This document shows positions 1 through 12,071 of a stretch of DNA of 64,000 nucleotides, piece after piece. Under the pieces are notes generated by a model, which searched no databases, was not told where the DNA came from, and was given only the letters and a program-made list of their open reading frames with translations. How positions within the stretch are numbered: the stretch's first letter is position 1; every line of letters begins with the position of its first letter. The translations under genes were made by a program, and so were the position numbers. The DNA is from Malacoraja senta (lineage: Eukaryota): contig CM075995.1 in NCBI GenBank assembly GCA_038087875.1, forward strand, positions 4,156,001 to 4,220,000, given 5' to 3'.

Positions 1-1159
1 GACTCAATGACTCTCTGACCTGAAGTGGAGAAGGGCATGGCTGGTGGATCTCAACCTCAAACCCCTTCCTCATCATAGACCCCCTAAAACAAGTGGATGC
101 ACATAAATGGGTTCTGGACTGTAATCCAACATTGTCAGTAGATGGGAATATTGTGATGGCTCAGATGATGTCTCATCACTTTGACATCTACCCATTGTGT
201 AAGCTGGAGGGGAGGCTGACAGAACTGAACTGTCACCGGTGCCAAGTTGGAATGGCATAGCTGAGTCCAATGTTTGTTTTAATAATAATAATCAAAGTCC
301 TCTCGGAGATTTGTCTTTCTCCACTCCTGTAATCTTCGTTTGGCTCAATGTGAACTTTATTTCATTGCACCAGTGCGAAACACCTTGGGATGCTTCCTAC
401 ATACTAGAGACACTTCACACAATGTCAATTGTCAGGTACCTATTGTTGCACGCACAAGTCCAGTGAGGTGTTGATACAGAAAGGTGCCTTCAAGATACAG
501 CTGCCAGGATGGATTCATGGGCTAAGCTGTAGTGCATGTGATTAGAGCTGAATAGAACAAACTGTGCTTTGTGTTGTTTAATCAAAGGTCACATCACTCT
601 TGGTTGTGTATCCTGTAGTTCTCATATCATCCAGTGAGAATTTAAACCAGGCTTGTCAAGGGATCTTCTACTGTGCTTTGACAACTTTTACAACTGAGTG
701 ACTTTGTTAAATGATGCATTCGTGCTTTGATCTCCCTCTCACTATCCGGAAAATTTATTCCTTCACAAAGCTAAGCAAACAGCAACAATTAAACTGAGGG
801 AGACATAAAGTCTTTTGCCTTTATGCCTGGCCCACTGGTGTAACTCAGCACATCAAGCAACATCTCTGGAGAACATAGCTAGGTGACGTTTCGGGTTGGG
901 ATATCCAGCTAAAGATGGGGTCCTGCAAACCGAAACGTTACCTATGCATGTTCTTCAGAGGTGTTGCCTGACCTGTTGAGTTACTCCAGCATTTGTGTCC
1001 TTTCTTGTAAACAGCACCTGCAGTTCCTTGTTTCTACATTCTTTCACTCTGCAATCAAGTTTCTGAATGGTCCTTCCATCTGCTCCAGTGCTGTCCGATT
1101 CACTTCTTTCCCATTTGTGCCCTTGGACTTTGTCTATCGAACTGGTGCGCTACAATACT

Positions 1160-1422
1160 TTTTAGTTTAGTTTAGTTTAGAGATACAGCATGGAAACAGG
1201 CCCTTTGGCCCACCGAGTCCGCACCGACCAGCGATCCCCGCACATTAACACTATCCTACATACACTGGGGACAGTTTACACATAGACCAATTAACCTACA
1301 TACCTGTACGTCCTTGGAGTATGGGAGGAAACCGAAGATCTCTGAGAAAACCCACACGGTCACGGGGAGAACGTACAAACTCTGTACAGACAGCACCCGT
1401 TGTCGGGATTGAACCTGGGTCT
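1160..1422 (-). mobile_element. HE1-type V-SINE, 5'-truncated
   Basis: Reverse complement of the SINE body (GTACGTTCTCCCCGTGACC...TTCCTCCCA) with a (TAAAC)n tail; matches the other copies in the window. Confidence 0.8.
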
Positions 1423-3213
1423 TTTTAGTCAGTGTGTGGTGAATCTGTGAAATTCTTCACCACAGAAGAAGTCAATGGATATTTTTAAGGCACAGATAGA
1501 TAGATCCTTGATTGGTACAGATGTCAGGGGTTATGGGGCAGCAGGAGAATAGGGTTAGGAGAGAGAGATAGATCAGCTGCGATTTAATGGCTGAATGACC
1601 TAATTTTGCTCCTATCACTTATGACCTTGTGTCAATGTGAAAGGGAAAATCAGCTGTTCAGTAGGAACCAGCTTCCCTGCAGGTTTCAAAAGAAAGGTTG
1701 AGAATGTGAAAGAAAAATCTCTTCCATTGAAGGGGCCAGATCCATTATGCAGGACCTTGGAACTTAATATCCTCGCTTTACAGGTATTTGTTTTCCAGCA
1801 TTATTTTTTAAATTGCTAAGGAAATCCCAGTAAAACAGCTTTGGAACATGCAATTCTTTAAAAAAAACTAGTTCATTTGTGACGATCAAATATTTTTCAA
1901 ATTAAAGATAAATATTCATTGGCTCAAACTGCTTGTATTATACTTAATGCAATTAGTGGATAGGCTTTGCTTTCAGCAGATGGATGTGAGGCATAATTCA
2001 TGCAAACTACAAGAGACCATAAATCAGACTGGGTGATTGCATACTTCGAAGAGAACACATGCTGTATGTTAATCCCCTTCATTGTAGGGAACAGAGTCTG
2101 TGAGTCGTTCAACACACAAGCAGACATTGTGACTAATACCTGAGATTATAGCTGCACTGGAGGTCAATGCAGCACAGAAAACGGGGCAGTGGTTACTTTG
2201 GTAGCAGCTGGATCATAAAGGACCCACTGTTTGACTGCACACCAGTTCAGGGTCAGCCTGGCCCATTCTTGAGTCTCAGTTATAGATAGATTGTAGACAG
2301 TGAAAAGTTTAGGCTAGCTGCTTGTGTGGAACGGCCGAGGAGTCCAAGTCTGGTTACTTTGATTAATACAGGTGTCAGAGGTTATAGGGAGAAGGCAGGA
2401 GAATGGGGTTAGATGGGAGAGGTAGATCAGCCATGATTGAATGGCGGAGTAGACGAGGGGCCGAATGGCTTAATTCTACTCCTATTCCTTATTAACTAAT
2501 GAAGCCATTGGGTATTTTTAAAGCGGGGATTGATCATAAGATCATAAGATCATGTGATAGGAGTAGAATTAGGCCATTCGGCCCATAAAGTCTACACCGC
2601 CATTCAATCATGGCTGATCTATCTCTTCTCCTAACCCATTCTCCTGCCTTCTCCCCATAACCTCTAACACCTGTACTAATCAAGAATCTATCTTTCTCTG
2701 CCTTAAATATATCAAAAATATTGATAGGTTCTTGATGAGTAATGGTGCCAAAGGTTTTGGGTAGAAGTTGAGAGAATGGGCTTGAGCGGGAAAAATAGAT
2801 CAGCCTTGATGGAATGCCAGAGCAGACTCGATGGGCCGAATGGCCTAATTCTGCTCCTGTTTCTTATATTCTCATGGTCTTCCAGATAATGGGCAACATT
2901 AAACATTTTGTAGAAGTAAAGAACTGCAGATGCTGGTTGATGCACAAAAGGACACAAAGAGCTGGAGTAACTGTGTCCCAACCTGAAACGTGTTACCTAT
3001 CCATGTTCTCCAGCGATGCTGCCTGACCTGCTGAGTTAATCCAGCACTTTGTGTCCTTTTAAACATTATACATTTTTACTGATTCTTCGCACTTTGGGAT
3101 CTAGCAAGGCCACCATTTATTGCCCATCACTAAATCCCCTTGTCCATCAGCAAAATCCCCACTGAAGCACTCTACTGTAGTATGGTTGGGCATGGGATAC
3201 TGCCCTGTGCAAT

Positions 3214-3700
3214 CTTTAGACTTTAGACATACAGCGCGGAAACAGGCCCTTTGGCCCATCGAGTCAGCACTGACCAGCAATCACTCCCTACAACATCACT
3301 ATCCTACACACTAGGGACAAGTTACAATTGTATTTTTACCAAAGCCAATTAACCTACATACCTGGACGATGTATTCAAGAGAGAGTTAGACATAGCTCTT
3401 AGGGCTAACGGAATCAAGAGATTTGGGGAGAAAGCAGGAATGGGGCACTGATTTTGGATGATCTGCCATTATCATATTGAATGCTGGCTCGAAGGGTCGA
3501 ATGCCCTATTCTTGCACCTATTTTCTATGTTTCTATGTTTCTATGTCTTTGGAGTGTGGTGGGAAACTGAAGAACCCGGTGGAAACCCATGCATTCACAA
3601 GGAGAAGGTCCAACTCCATCCAGACAGTATCCATGGTTAGGATCAAACCTGGGTCTCAGGCGCTGTAAGGCAGCAATTCTACCACTGTGCCACGGTGCCG
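3214..3700 (-). mobile_element. HE1-type SINE split by a CR1 3'-end fragment (~3365-3545)
   Basis: SINE tail at 3214-3360 and head at ~3550-3700 flank a CR1 3' UTR ending in (TGTTTCTA)n. Confidence 0.7.
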
Positions 3701-4398
3701 CACTGAATCCTTACGATAAAATCCTGGGACTGAGATAATACAGTAGATGTCTGACTAACACAACATCTTCCTTTCTGCATCTTCAACCACTGGGGTATTT
3801 TGCTCTTGCTATCCATTGATTTCAATTTACTAGGCCTCTTGAATCCACACAGATCAAGTGCCGCCTTAATGTCAAGGGCGAAGGTAGACAAAAATGTTGG
3901 AGAAACTCAGCGGGTGAGGCAGCATCTATGGAGCGATGGAATAGGTGAAGTTTTGGGTCGAGCCCCTTGTTCAGACTGGTGTAGGGGTGGGGGGGTGGGG
4001 GGTGGGAAGAAGAAAGGAAGAGGCGGAGACAGCGGGCTGTGGGAGAGCTGGGAAGGGGAGGGGAAGGAGGGAGAAAGCAAGGACTACCTGAAATTGGAGA
4101 AGTCAATGTTCATACCGCTGGGGTGTCAATGTTCATACCGCAAGGACAGTCACTCCCACTTAATCTCTGGATCAAGGCCATAATAGGGAGACATAGGAAC
4201 AAGTTTCCCTCTACTAGAAATTTCCCTCTCTCTGGTACAACTTGTCCTTACCCTCAACAACTTGTCTTTTGACTTCTACTTTTGAGGCCTAGTTTACATT
4301 GGCGAAATCAAGCATAGATAAAGAAACCGGTTTGCCAAACATTTGCCAAGATTGTATGCCAAGAAAAATAGTTGCTCTTTGTCAAGATTGTCTGCCAT

Positions 4399-5552
4399 AG
4401 AAAAATAGGTGCAGGAGTAGGCCATTCGGCCCTTCAAGCCAGTACTACCATTCAATATGATCTTGACTGATAATCTAAAATCAGTACCCCGTTCCTGCTT
4501 TTTCCCCATTTCCCTTGATTCCTTTACGCCTAAGAGTTAAATCTGACTCAGCACTGAAATTTGACAAACAAGTCAATGCCATGGTAAAAGCTAGCTTCTT
4601 TCAGCTTCGGACGATAGCTAAAATAAAACAATTCCTCCAGTTTGATGACCTCGAAAAGATCATCCACACATTCATCTCCCGCCTAGATTACTGCAACTCC
4701 CTTTACACTGGCATCAGCCAATCTTCTCTGCAACTGGTCCAAAATGCCGCAGCGAGACTCCTGACGGGCACCCGAAAAAGGGACCACATCACCCCGATCC
4801 TGGCCTCTCTGCACTGGCTCCCTGTGCGGTTCCGTATAAACTTCAAGATCCTCCTCCATGTCTACAAAGCCCTCAATGGGCTTGCCCCACCTACATAAAA
4901 AGTCTTCTCACCAACCACTCCACCTCCAGGCCCCTCAGATTGGCCAACTTGGGGTTGCTGAATATCCCACAGTCTAGGCATAAGCTCAGGGGCGACCGCG
5001 CCTTTGCGGTTGCAGCCCCTAGACTGTGGTACAGCATCCCCCTTCCCATCAGAACTGCCCCCTCCATCGACTCTTTTAAGTCAAGACTAAAGACTTATCT
5101 ATAGTCCCAAGCCTTTCCTGACGTCCTCTGAGTGAGGGCTACATGTATATATGTATGTAGTTTGTTTTGTTTGTGCTATTCTTATAACAAATGTAAAGCA
5201 CTTTGGCCAATGAGTTGTTTTTTAAATGTGCTATATAAATAAATGTGACGACGACTTGACTAACTCTCTCTGAAAACATCCAGTTAATTGGCCTCCACTG
5301 CCTTCTGTGGCAGAGAATTCCACAGATTCACAACTCTCTGAGTGAAGAAGTTTTTCCTCATCTCAGTCCTAAATGGCCTACCCCTTATTATTAAACTGTG
5401 ACCCCCTGGTTCTGGACTCCCCCAACATCGGGAACATTTTTCCTGCATCTAGCCTGTCCAATCTTTAAGAATTTTGTTTCTATAAGATCTCCTCTCATCC
5501 TTCTAAATTCCAGTGAATACATGCCCAGTCGACCCATTCTTTCATCATATGT
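4399..5552 (-). mobile_element. CR1/HER1 LINE 3' fragment, host of the L2 insertion
   Basis: CR1 3' UTR and RT C-terminus on the minus strand; continuous once 4544-5261 is removed (…GAGTTAAATCT|AACTCTCTC…). Confidence 0.75.
4544..5261 (+). mobile_element. L2-clade LINE, 5'-truncated 3' end
   Basis: ORF 4515-4898 encodes SRLDYCNSL…LQLVQNAAARLLTG…HITPILASLHWLPV, typical of the L2 RT C-terminus. It ends in AATAAA and a TGACT-type tail. Confidence 0.85.
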
Positions 5553-5589
5553 CATCAGGTCTTGGGATCGCTACTTTTCACATTGTGTG

Positions 5590-6550
5590 CAGAGGAGCTG
5601 GACAGGTTAGGAGAGTGGGCAAATGAAACAAAGAATTGCAAAGTGTACGGTCATGCACTTTGTTAGAAGAAATAAAGGTGTAGACTATTTTCTAAATGGA
5701 GAGAGGATTCAGAAATCTGTGGTGGAAAGTGACTTCGGAGCACTGGTGCAGGATTTTCAAAAGATTAATTTGCAGGTTGAGTAATAATTTCATGTTCATA
5801 AGTGATATGAGTAGAATTAGACCATTTGGCCCATTAAGTCGACTCCGCCATTCAATCATGGCTGACCTATCTCCCCCTCTTAACCTTTTCTCCTGCCTTC
5901 TCCCCATAATGCCTGACACCCATTCTGATCAAGCATCATCTATTTCTGCCTTTAAAATATCCATTGACTGAGTATCTATCTCTGCCTTTAAAATATCTAT
6001 TGCCTTCCTCAAACCATTGATTGAGGAAGGCAAATGCGTTAATTTCGAGGGGACTGAAATATAAAAGCAAGGATGTAATGTTGAGGCTTTGTAAAACACT
6101 GGTCAGGCTACATTTGGAATATTGTGAGTAGTTTGGCTCTGGGCACATACTGTACATGCTGGAGTTTAGATGAGGTGGGAGCTGATTGAAACTGACCGAT
6201 TAATGTCTAACCCTAGATAGAGTGGATGTGGAGAGGATGTTTCCAGTATCGGGAGAGTCTAGGACCAGAGGGCACAGCCTCAGAATGAAAGATGTACCTC
6301 TAGAATAGAGGTGAGGAGGAATTTTCATTAGCCAGTGGTTGTTGAATCTCTGGAATTCATTGCCACAGACAGCTGTGGAGGACATCATTGGGTATTTTTA
6401 AAGTGGAGATTGATTGATTATTAAGGGTGTCAAAGGGAGAAGGCAGGAGAATGGGATTGAGAGGGAAAAATAGATCAGCCATGATCGAATAGCAAATCAC
6501 TCGATGGGCCGAATGGCCTAATTCTGCTCCTAGGCCTTATGGTCTTATGA
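5590..6550 (+). mobile_element. Decayed CR1/HER1 LINE fragments with an internal inverted 3'-UTR piece
   Basis: CR1 RT remnants (LDRLGEWA, MHF, LWNSLPQ) and the family 3' UTR (GGGCCGAATGGCCTAATTCTGCTCCT). Confidence 0.7.
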
Positions 6551-6705
6551 CTTGTACTGTCTATCTAGTGCATATTCTTTAACATTTATTCTAACTCCAT
6601 TTTAAATCTTAATTAAATAAATGTTCCCAAAGTTGTTATTCCTGTTTTATCTTCTGTGCTGGTTTTGAACTGTAATCTTAACCCATCACACTTGAGAAAA
6701 CTTGA

Positions 6706-7016
6706 GGGTGGCACGGTGGCGCAGCGGTGGAGTTGCTGTCTGACAGCGCCAGAGACCCGGGTACAATCCTGACTGCGGGTGCTGTCTGTGTGGAGTTGGG
6801 ACATACTCCCTGTGACCGCGTGGATTTTCTCCAGGTGCTCCGGCTTTCTCCCACATTCCAGGGATGTGCAGGTTTGTTGGGATGAATTGGCTTCTGTAAA
6901 TTGCCCCTAGTGTGTAGCATGTGAAAGGAAGATAACGGATGATCAATGATCGGCGTGGACCCGGTGGGCCGGAAGGCCTATTACACACTGCATCTCTAAA
7001 ACTAAAACTAAAACTA
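6706..7016 (+). mobile_element. HE1-type V-SINE, full length
   Basis: tRNA-like head (TGGCGCAGCGG A-box, GGTACAATCC B-box-like), central V-domain and (CTAAAA)n tail. Confidence 0.85.
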
Positions 7017-7458
7017 TCCGATCCTCACTGCGACGACAATGGAAATTAAAAACAAGAAGAATCCAAAACGGGTATTCAATTTCCATTGCGTAAGCTAGGT
7101 TAAATTTACACCTTCATCTCACCCAGTCTCTATTTACATTTAATGTTGATCTCTCTGCAGATCTGAATCGCACTTGACCTCTCTGCAGATCTGAATCGCC
7201 ACTGTCCCACCCCATTCATGGTGTAGAATGATTTATTACGACCAGTGATGGAAATGGGTTTTAGGAACTAGGGGTACTCTAAGGTCCATGAGGCTGAGGT
7301 TGGGAAGGAAGGGTGGGTGGACATTTTTTTATGTGCGGTCATACCCATGTAAGAGTACAAGAATGCATAACTTGTTTATTGTGTATTTATAATATAGTTT
7401 ATTGTGTATTATATGTCATAGCTGCTTTCTTGCATCTCTCTCTCTCTCTCCCTCTCTC

Positions 7459-7658
7459 NNNNNNNNNNNNNNNNNNNNNNNNNNNNNNNNNNNNNNNNNN
7501 NNNNNNNNNNNNNNNNNNNNNNNNNNNNNNNNNNNNNNNNNNNNNNNNNNNNNNNNNNNNNNNNNNNNNNNNNNNNNNNNNNNNNNNNNNNNNNNNNNNN
7601 NNNNNNNNNNNNNNNNNNNNNNNNNNNNNNNNNNNNNNNNNNNNNNNNNNNNNNNNNN
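7459..7658. other. Assembly gap (200 N)
   Basis: Run of exactly 200 N. Confidence 0.99.
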
Positions 7659-8022
7659 GGAAATTAAAAACAAGAAGAATCCAAAACGGGTATTCAATTT
7701 CCATTGCTAGGTTAAATTTACACCACGGCTAAACTTCATCTCACCCAGTCTCTATTTACATTTAATGTTGACCTCTCTGCAGATCTGAATCGCCACTGTC
7801 CCAACCCCATTCATGGTGTAGAATGATTTATTACGACCAGTGATGGAATGGGTTTTAGGAACTAGGGTACTCTAAGGTCCATGAGGCTGAGGTTGGAAGG
7901 AAGGGTGGTGGACATTTTTTATGTGCGTCATTACCATGTAAGAGTACAAGAATGCATAACTTGTTTATTGTGTATTTATAATATAGTTTATTGTGTATTA
8001 TATGTCATAGCTGCTTTCTTGC

Positions 8023-8916
8023 ATCTCTCTCTCCCTCTCTCCCTCTCCCTCTCACTCTCTCTCTCTCTCTCCCTCTCCCTCTCCCTCTCCCTCTCCCTCT
8101 CCCTCTCCCTCTCCCTCTCCCTCTCCCTCTCCCTCTCCCTCTCCCTCTCCTCTCCCTCTCCCTCCTCTCCTCTCCCTCTCCCTCTCCCTCTCTCCCTCTC
8201 TCCCTCTCTCTCCCTCTCTCTCCCTCTCTCTCCCTCTCTCTCCCTCTCTCCCTCTCCCCCTCTCCCCCTCTCTCCCTCTCCCTCTCCCTCTCCCTCTCTC
8301 CCTCTCTCCCTCTCTCTCCCTCTCTCTCCCTCTCTCTCCCTCTCTCTCCCTCTCTCTCCCTCTCTCCCTCTCCCCCTCTCCCCCTCTCTCCCTCTCCCTC
8401 TCCCTCTCTCCCTCTCCCTCTCTCCCTCTCTCTCCCTCTCTCTCCCTCTCTCTCCCTCTCTCTCCCTCTCTCTCCCTCTCCCCCTCTCCCCCTCTCCCCC
8501 TCTCCCTCTCTCCCTCTCTCCCTCTCCCTCTCTCCCTCTCTCCCTCTCTCCCTCTCTCCCTCTCTCCCTCTCTCCTCTCTCCCTCTCTCCTCTCCCTCTC
8601 CTCCCCTCTCCCTCTCTCCCTCTCTCCCTCTCTCCCTCCCTCTCTCCCTCTCTCCCTCTCTCCCTCTCTCCCTCTCTCCCTCTCTCCCTCTCTCCCTCTC
8701 TCCCTCTCTCCCTCTCTCCCTCTCTGCCCTCTCTCCCTCTCTCCCTCTCTCCCTCTCTCCCTCTCTCCCCTCTCCCTCTCTCCCTCTCTCCCTCTCTCTC
8801 TGCCTCTCTCCCTCTCTCCCTTCTCCCTCTCTCCCTCTCTCCCTCTCTCCCTCTCTCCCTCTCTCCCTCTCTCCCTCTCTCCCTCTCTCCCTCTCTCCCT
8901 CTCTCCCTCTCCCCCC
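8023..8916. repeat. CT-rich microsatellite (CTCTCC / CTCTCTCC units)
   Basis: About 0.9 kb of almost pure C/T sequence. Confidence 0.97.
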
Positions 8917-9655
8917 TGCAGCTACTTCGGTGAGGGCAGCAGGTCGGTGATTGATCAAAAGGCCCCTAGGAGACTGTGTCTGATGGCCGCCGAGTGACTC
9001 TTGAAATTGAAGTTAGACATAAAGCTGGAGTAACTCAGCGGGACAGGCAGCGACTCTGGAGAGAAGACCCTTCTTTAGACTGAACTGAACTCGTCGGTGA
9101 GAGAACTTGTGATTGTGTGCAGAAGGGTCTCGACGCGAAACACCACCCACTCCCCAGAGCCGCCGCCGTCCCGCTGAGGCACCCCAGCCCCCCCCCCGTG
9201 TCCACCTTCAACTCCAGAGCCAAACTAAAAACACAGAGAACTAGATGAACTCAGCGGGCCAGGCGGCACCCGCAGAGGGAATGGACCAGGAGCCGCCACG
9301 GGCCAGGGTTCCCCACATACACACCCCCCCCCCCCAACAGTAAGTTACCGCAGGTGCAGCCGTCCCCGCAAAATGCCAAATGATTCCGGGAATGCCGAGG
9401 CGAGAGAGTGAGAGAAAGGTAGTGAGAGAGCGAGAGAGATCCAAAGGACGGATTCGGATCCCAACTACGCCTCACCTCACAAATCATCTTTAATTGCCCC
9501 CTTACCATTTCCGTACTTTACTTTTTCGATAGCTGCCATGACCCGTTGATGTCATCCTTCGCCCTGCTCCTGGTCTCGGCCCGCACCGATCTGCTGGACA
9601 TGCTGTGTGTGTGTTAGTGTTTGTTTGGCGGAGTTTGATGGGAGAAGAGCCAGCA

Positions 9656-9937
9656 CCAAGAGCGAGGGAACGCGCAGACAGACGGACGAAAGCAACGATC
9701 ATAGAGCGGAATAGGTGACATTTCGGGCGGAGACCCTTCTCCAGACTGACAGTCAAGGGAAAGGGAAACGGGAGATATAGGCATATCTTCCATTCATTTG
9801 TCCTTAGTACCGTCTATATCTCTTGTTCCTCTTTCCCCTGACTCAGTCTGAAGAAGGGTCTCGACCCGAAATGTCATCTATTCCGCTCTATGATCGTTGC
9901 TTTCGTCCGTCTGTCTGCGCGTTTCCCTCGCTCTTGG
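9656..9937. repeat. Inverted repeat (~95-bp arms) built on a Penelope-derived short element
   Basis: 9656-9750 is the reverse complement of ~9843-9937. The inner arms carry the CTGAAGAAGGGTCTCGACCCGAAA motif also seen downstream of the Penelope ORF at 30960. Confidence 0.85.
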
Positions 9938-11389
9938 CTTAAGTAGCACAGGATAAAGCTGCGAATTCACGCACAGGATGGAAACTGGAAACTGAAAACT
10001 AGGGGAACGCCGTCCCCCTGCGTACCCCACCCCCCCCCCCCCCCCCCCCATTTCCATCACTGATTACGACAGAAGGAGGCCATAGTGTATTCCCCCTTGC
10101 CTTGCTTCTCTATGGTGCTGCAGTTTATTCACTTACATGCCCATCCACTCACCTATTTGATTCTTTTGCATGAGAGGAAAATTTACAATAGCCAATTAAC
10201 CTATCATAGTCATACAGTGTGGAAACAGACCGTCCGGCCCAACTAGCCCACACTGACCAACATGTCCCATCTACACTAGTCCCCACTTGCCTGCGTTTGG
10301 CCCATATCCCTCCAAACCTATCCCTTCTGTGTACCTGTCTAAATGTTTCTTAAACATTACAATGGTACCTGCAATAGTATCCATAAACAAAACACCCTTG
10401 CCACTGATGTGGTCTCCTCAGATGGTATCCACTCCCCTTTTTGATTCTTTTGCATTGAAGGAAATTTTACATTAGCCAATCAACCTTTGGGATACTGGAG
10501 AGAACCGGGTCACACAGAAGAACCCCGTACAGTGACAGGGAGAATGGGAACGTTCCACAGAGATAGCAGTCAATGGCATGTTCTTGGGGCAGTGAGGCAG
10601 CAGGGTTACACATGTCAGTGCGTACACATGCCAGGCTTACACATTACAACAAGGTCTCTATATCTCTCGTTTCCCTTATCCCTAACCAGTCTGGAGAAGG
10701 CTCGACCTGAAACGTCCCCCCATTCCTTCTCTCGAGAGATGCTGCCTGTCCTGCTGTTACTCCAGGTTTTGTGTCTACCTTCAGTTTAAACCAGCATCTG
10801 CAGTTCCATCCTACAGATGTGCAACCTAGCTTTTCCAAATTGAAAATAAACATGAAATGCTTTCCGAGATCAATCCTAGAATACCCACTGCAAGAGAAAT
10901 AATTCACAAAATATTAAACGCCTGTTCGGTGTCCCGTATTGTCTTGAATCGGTGGGTCGAAGGGCCTGTTTCAGCGCTGTATCTCTGAAGTTTAAAGTCA
11001 TAATTTTTTTTTAACAAAGTCATTATGATGTGGAATGCATTGCCTGAAAAGGCAATAACTTGCAAAAGAAAATTAGATAAATACTTGAAGAGGAAAAGAT
11101 GAGTGCAGGATAAAGGGACTAATCATTTATATCTTTCAACGAGTTATCACAGACATGAACAACTGAAGAGCCTCCTCAGGCCTGCATCATTTTATGACGT
11201 TATAAAGAATTTTATGCAGCCTTTCCATAATGTCAGAATATTAAATACTTTTAATGAAAGATTTTTTTAATTTTGCCATTGCTATAAATGCAATTGATAT
11301 ACTGTCATTTTATTATAACCTGAGTTTATTCCCCACTAACTTGTGATTTGGGAACTTGCTAACTCATGTTTAATAGCTTAATTAAAGGA

Positions 11390-11763
11390 TCCTGAACAGC
11401 ACCTTGCCAACCATCACTGGGTGCCTTCAACCTACTCCAGTCGAGCAGCTCCCTATACTTGCAGGCATTCCGCCTGCAGGGATCCGAAGGCAAGCAGCAA
11501 CTCTGGCACTATCTCGTCGTGCCATGGACCCAGATCACCCAGAGGCCACCCTGACTGAAGTCCCGTCACCCCTTTGCTCCACATGGAAAATAACTCCGAG
11601 CATCCATTCAGCCAACTGAGACAAAAGCACACTTGATAGCCACCAAGTGGTCACAGGAGTGGAAGGCAACCTCATCTCCATTAGACAGCTACATCTCTTC
11701 ACCAGAGGACCTGTATAATGATCCCCATCCCTTCAACCCACCATAAGCTGCACTTGGCTGGCC
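11390..11763 (+). mobile_element. Ingi/Vingi-like (I-group) LINE fragment
   Basis: ITGCLQPTPVEQLPILAGIPPAGIRRQAATLAL resembles the post-RT region of Ingi/Vingi elements (recalled, not searched). Confidence 0.5.
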
Positions 11764-12071
11764 TAGACTTTAGACTTGAGAGATACGGCATAGAAAAAGG
11801 CCCTATGGCTCACCGTGTCCGCACTGACCAACAATCACCCCATACACCAACCCACACACAGGGGACAATTTTACAACTTATCGAAGCCAATTAGCCTAAA
11901 AACCTGTATGTCATGTGAATGTGGGAGGAAACCAGAGCGCCTGGAGAAAATCCACGCAGGTCACAGAGGGAACGTGCAAACTCCATACAGACAGCACCCG
12001 TAGTCAGGATTGAACCCGGGTCTCTTGCGCTGTAAGGCATCTACTCCAAACGCAGCGCCACCATGCCGCCC
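11764..12071 (-). mobile_element. HE1-type V-SINE
   Basis: Full reverse-complement copy with its GGGCGGCATGGTGGCG head at the 12071 end. Confidence 0.85.

Noticed and set aside
73..466. Short ORFs at the window start as host exons
   Set aside because: No recognisable homology or clear splice sites; ~370-430 looks like a decayed L2/SINE-type tail.
6706..6790. tRNA genes at the SINE heads (here and in other copies)
   Set aside because: A/B boxes only; they continue into the SINE body and do not form a full cloverleaf.
7313..8958. Long ORFs (up to 350 aa) rich in L/S/P or R/E/G, and ORFs spanning X runs
   Set aside because: Translations of the CT microsatellite and the N gap.
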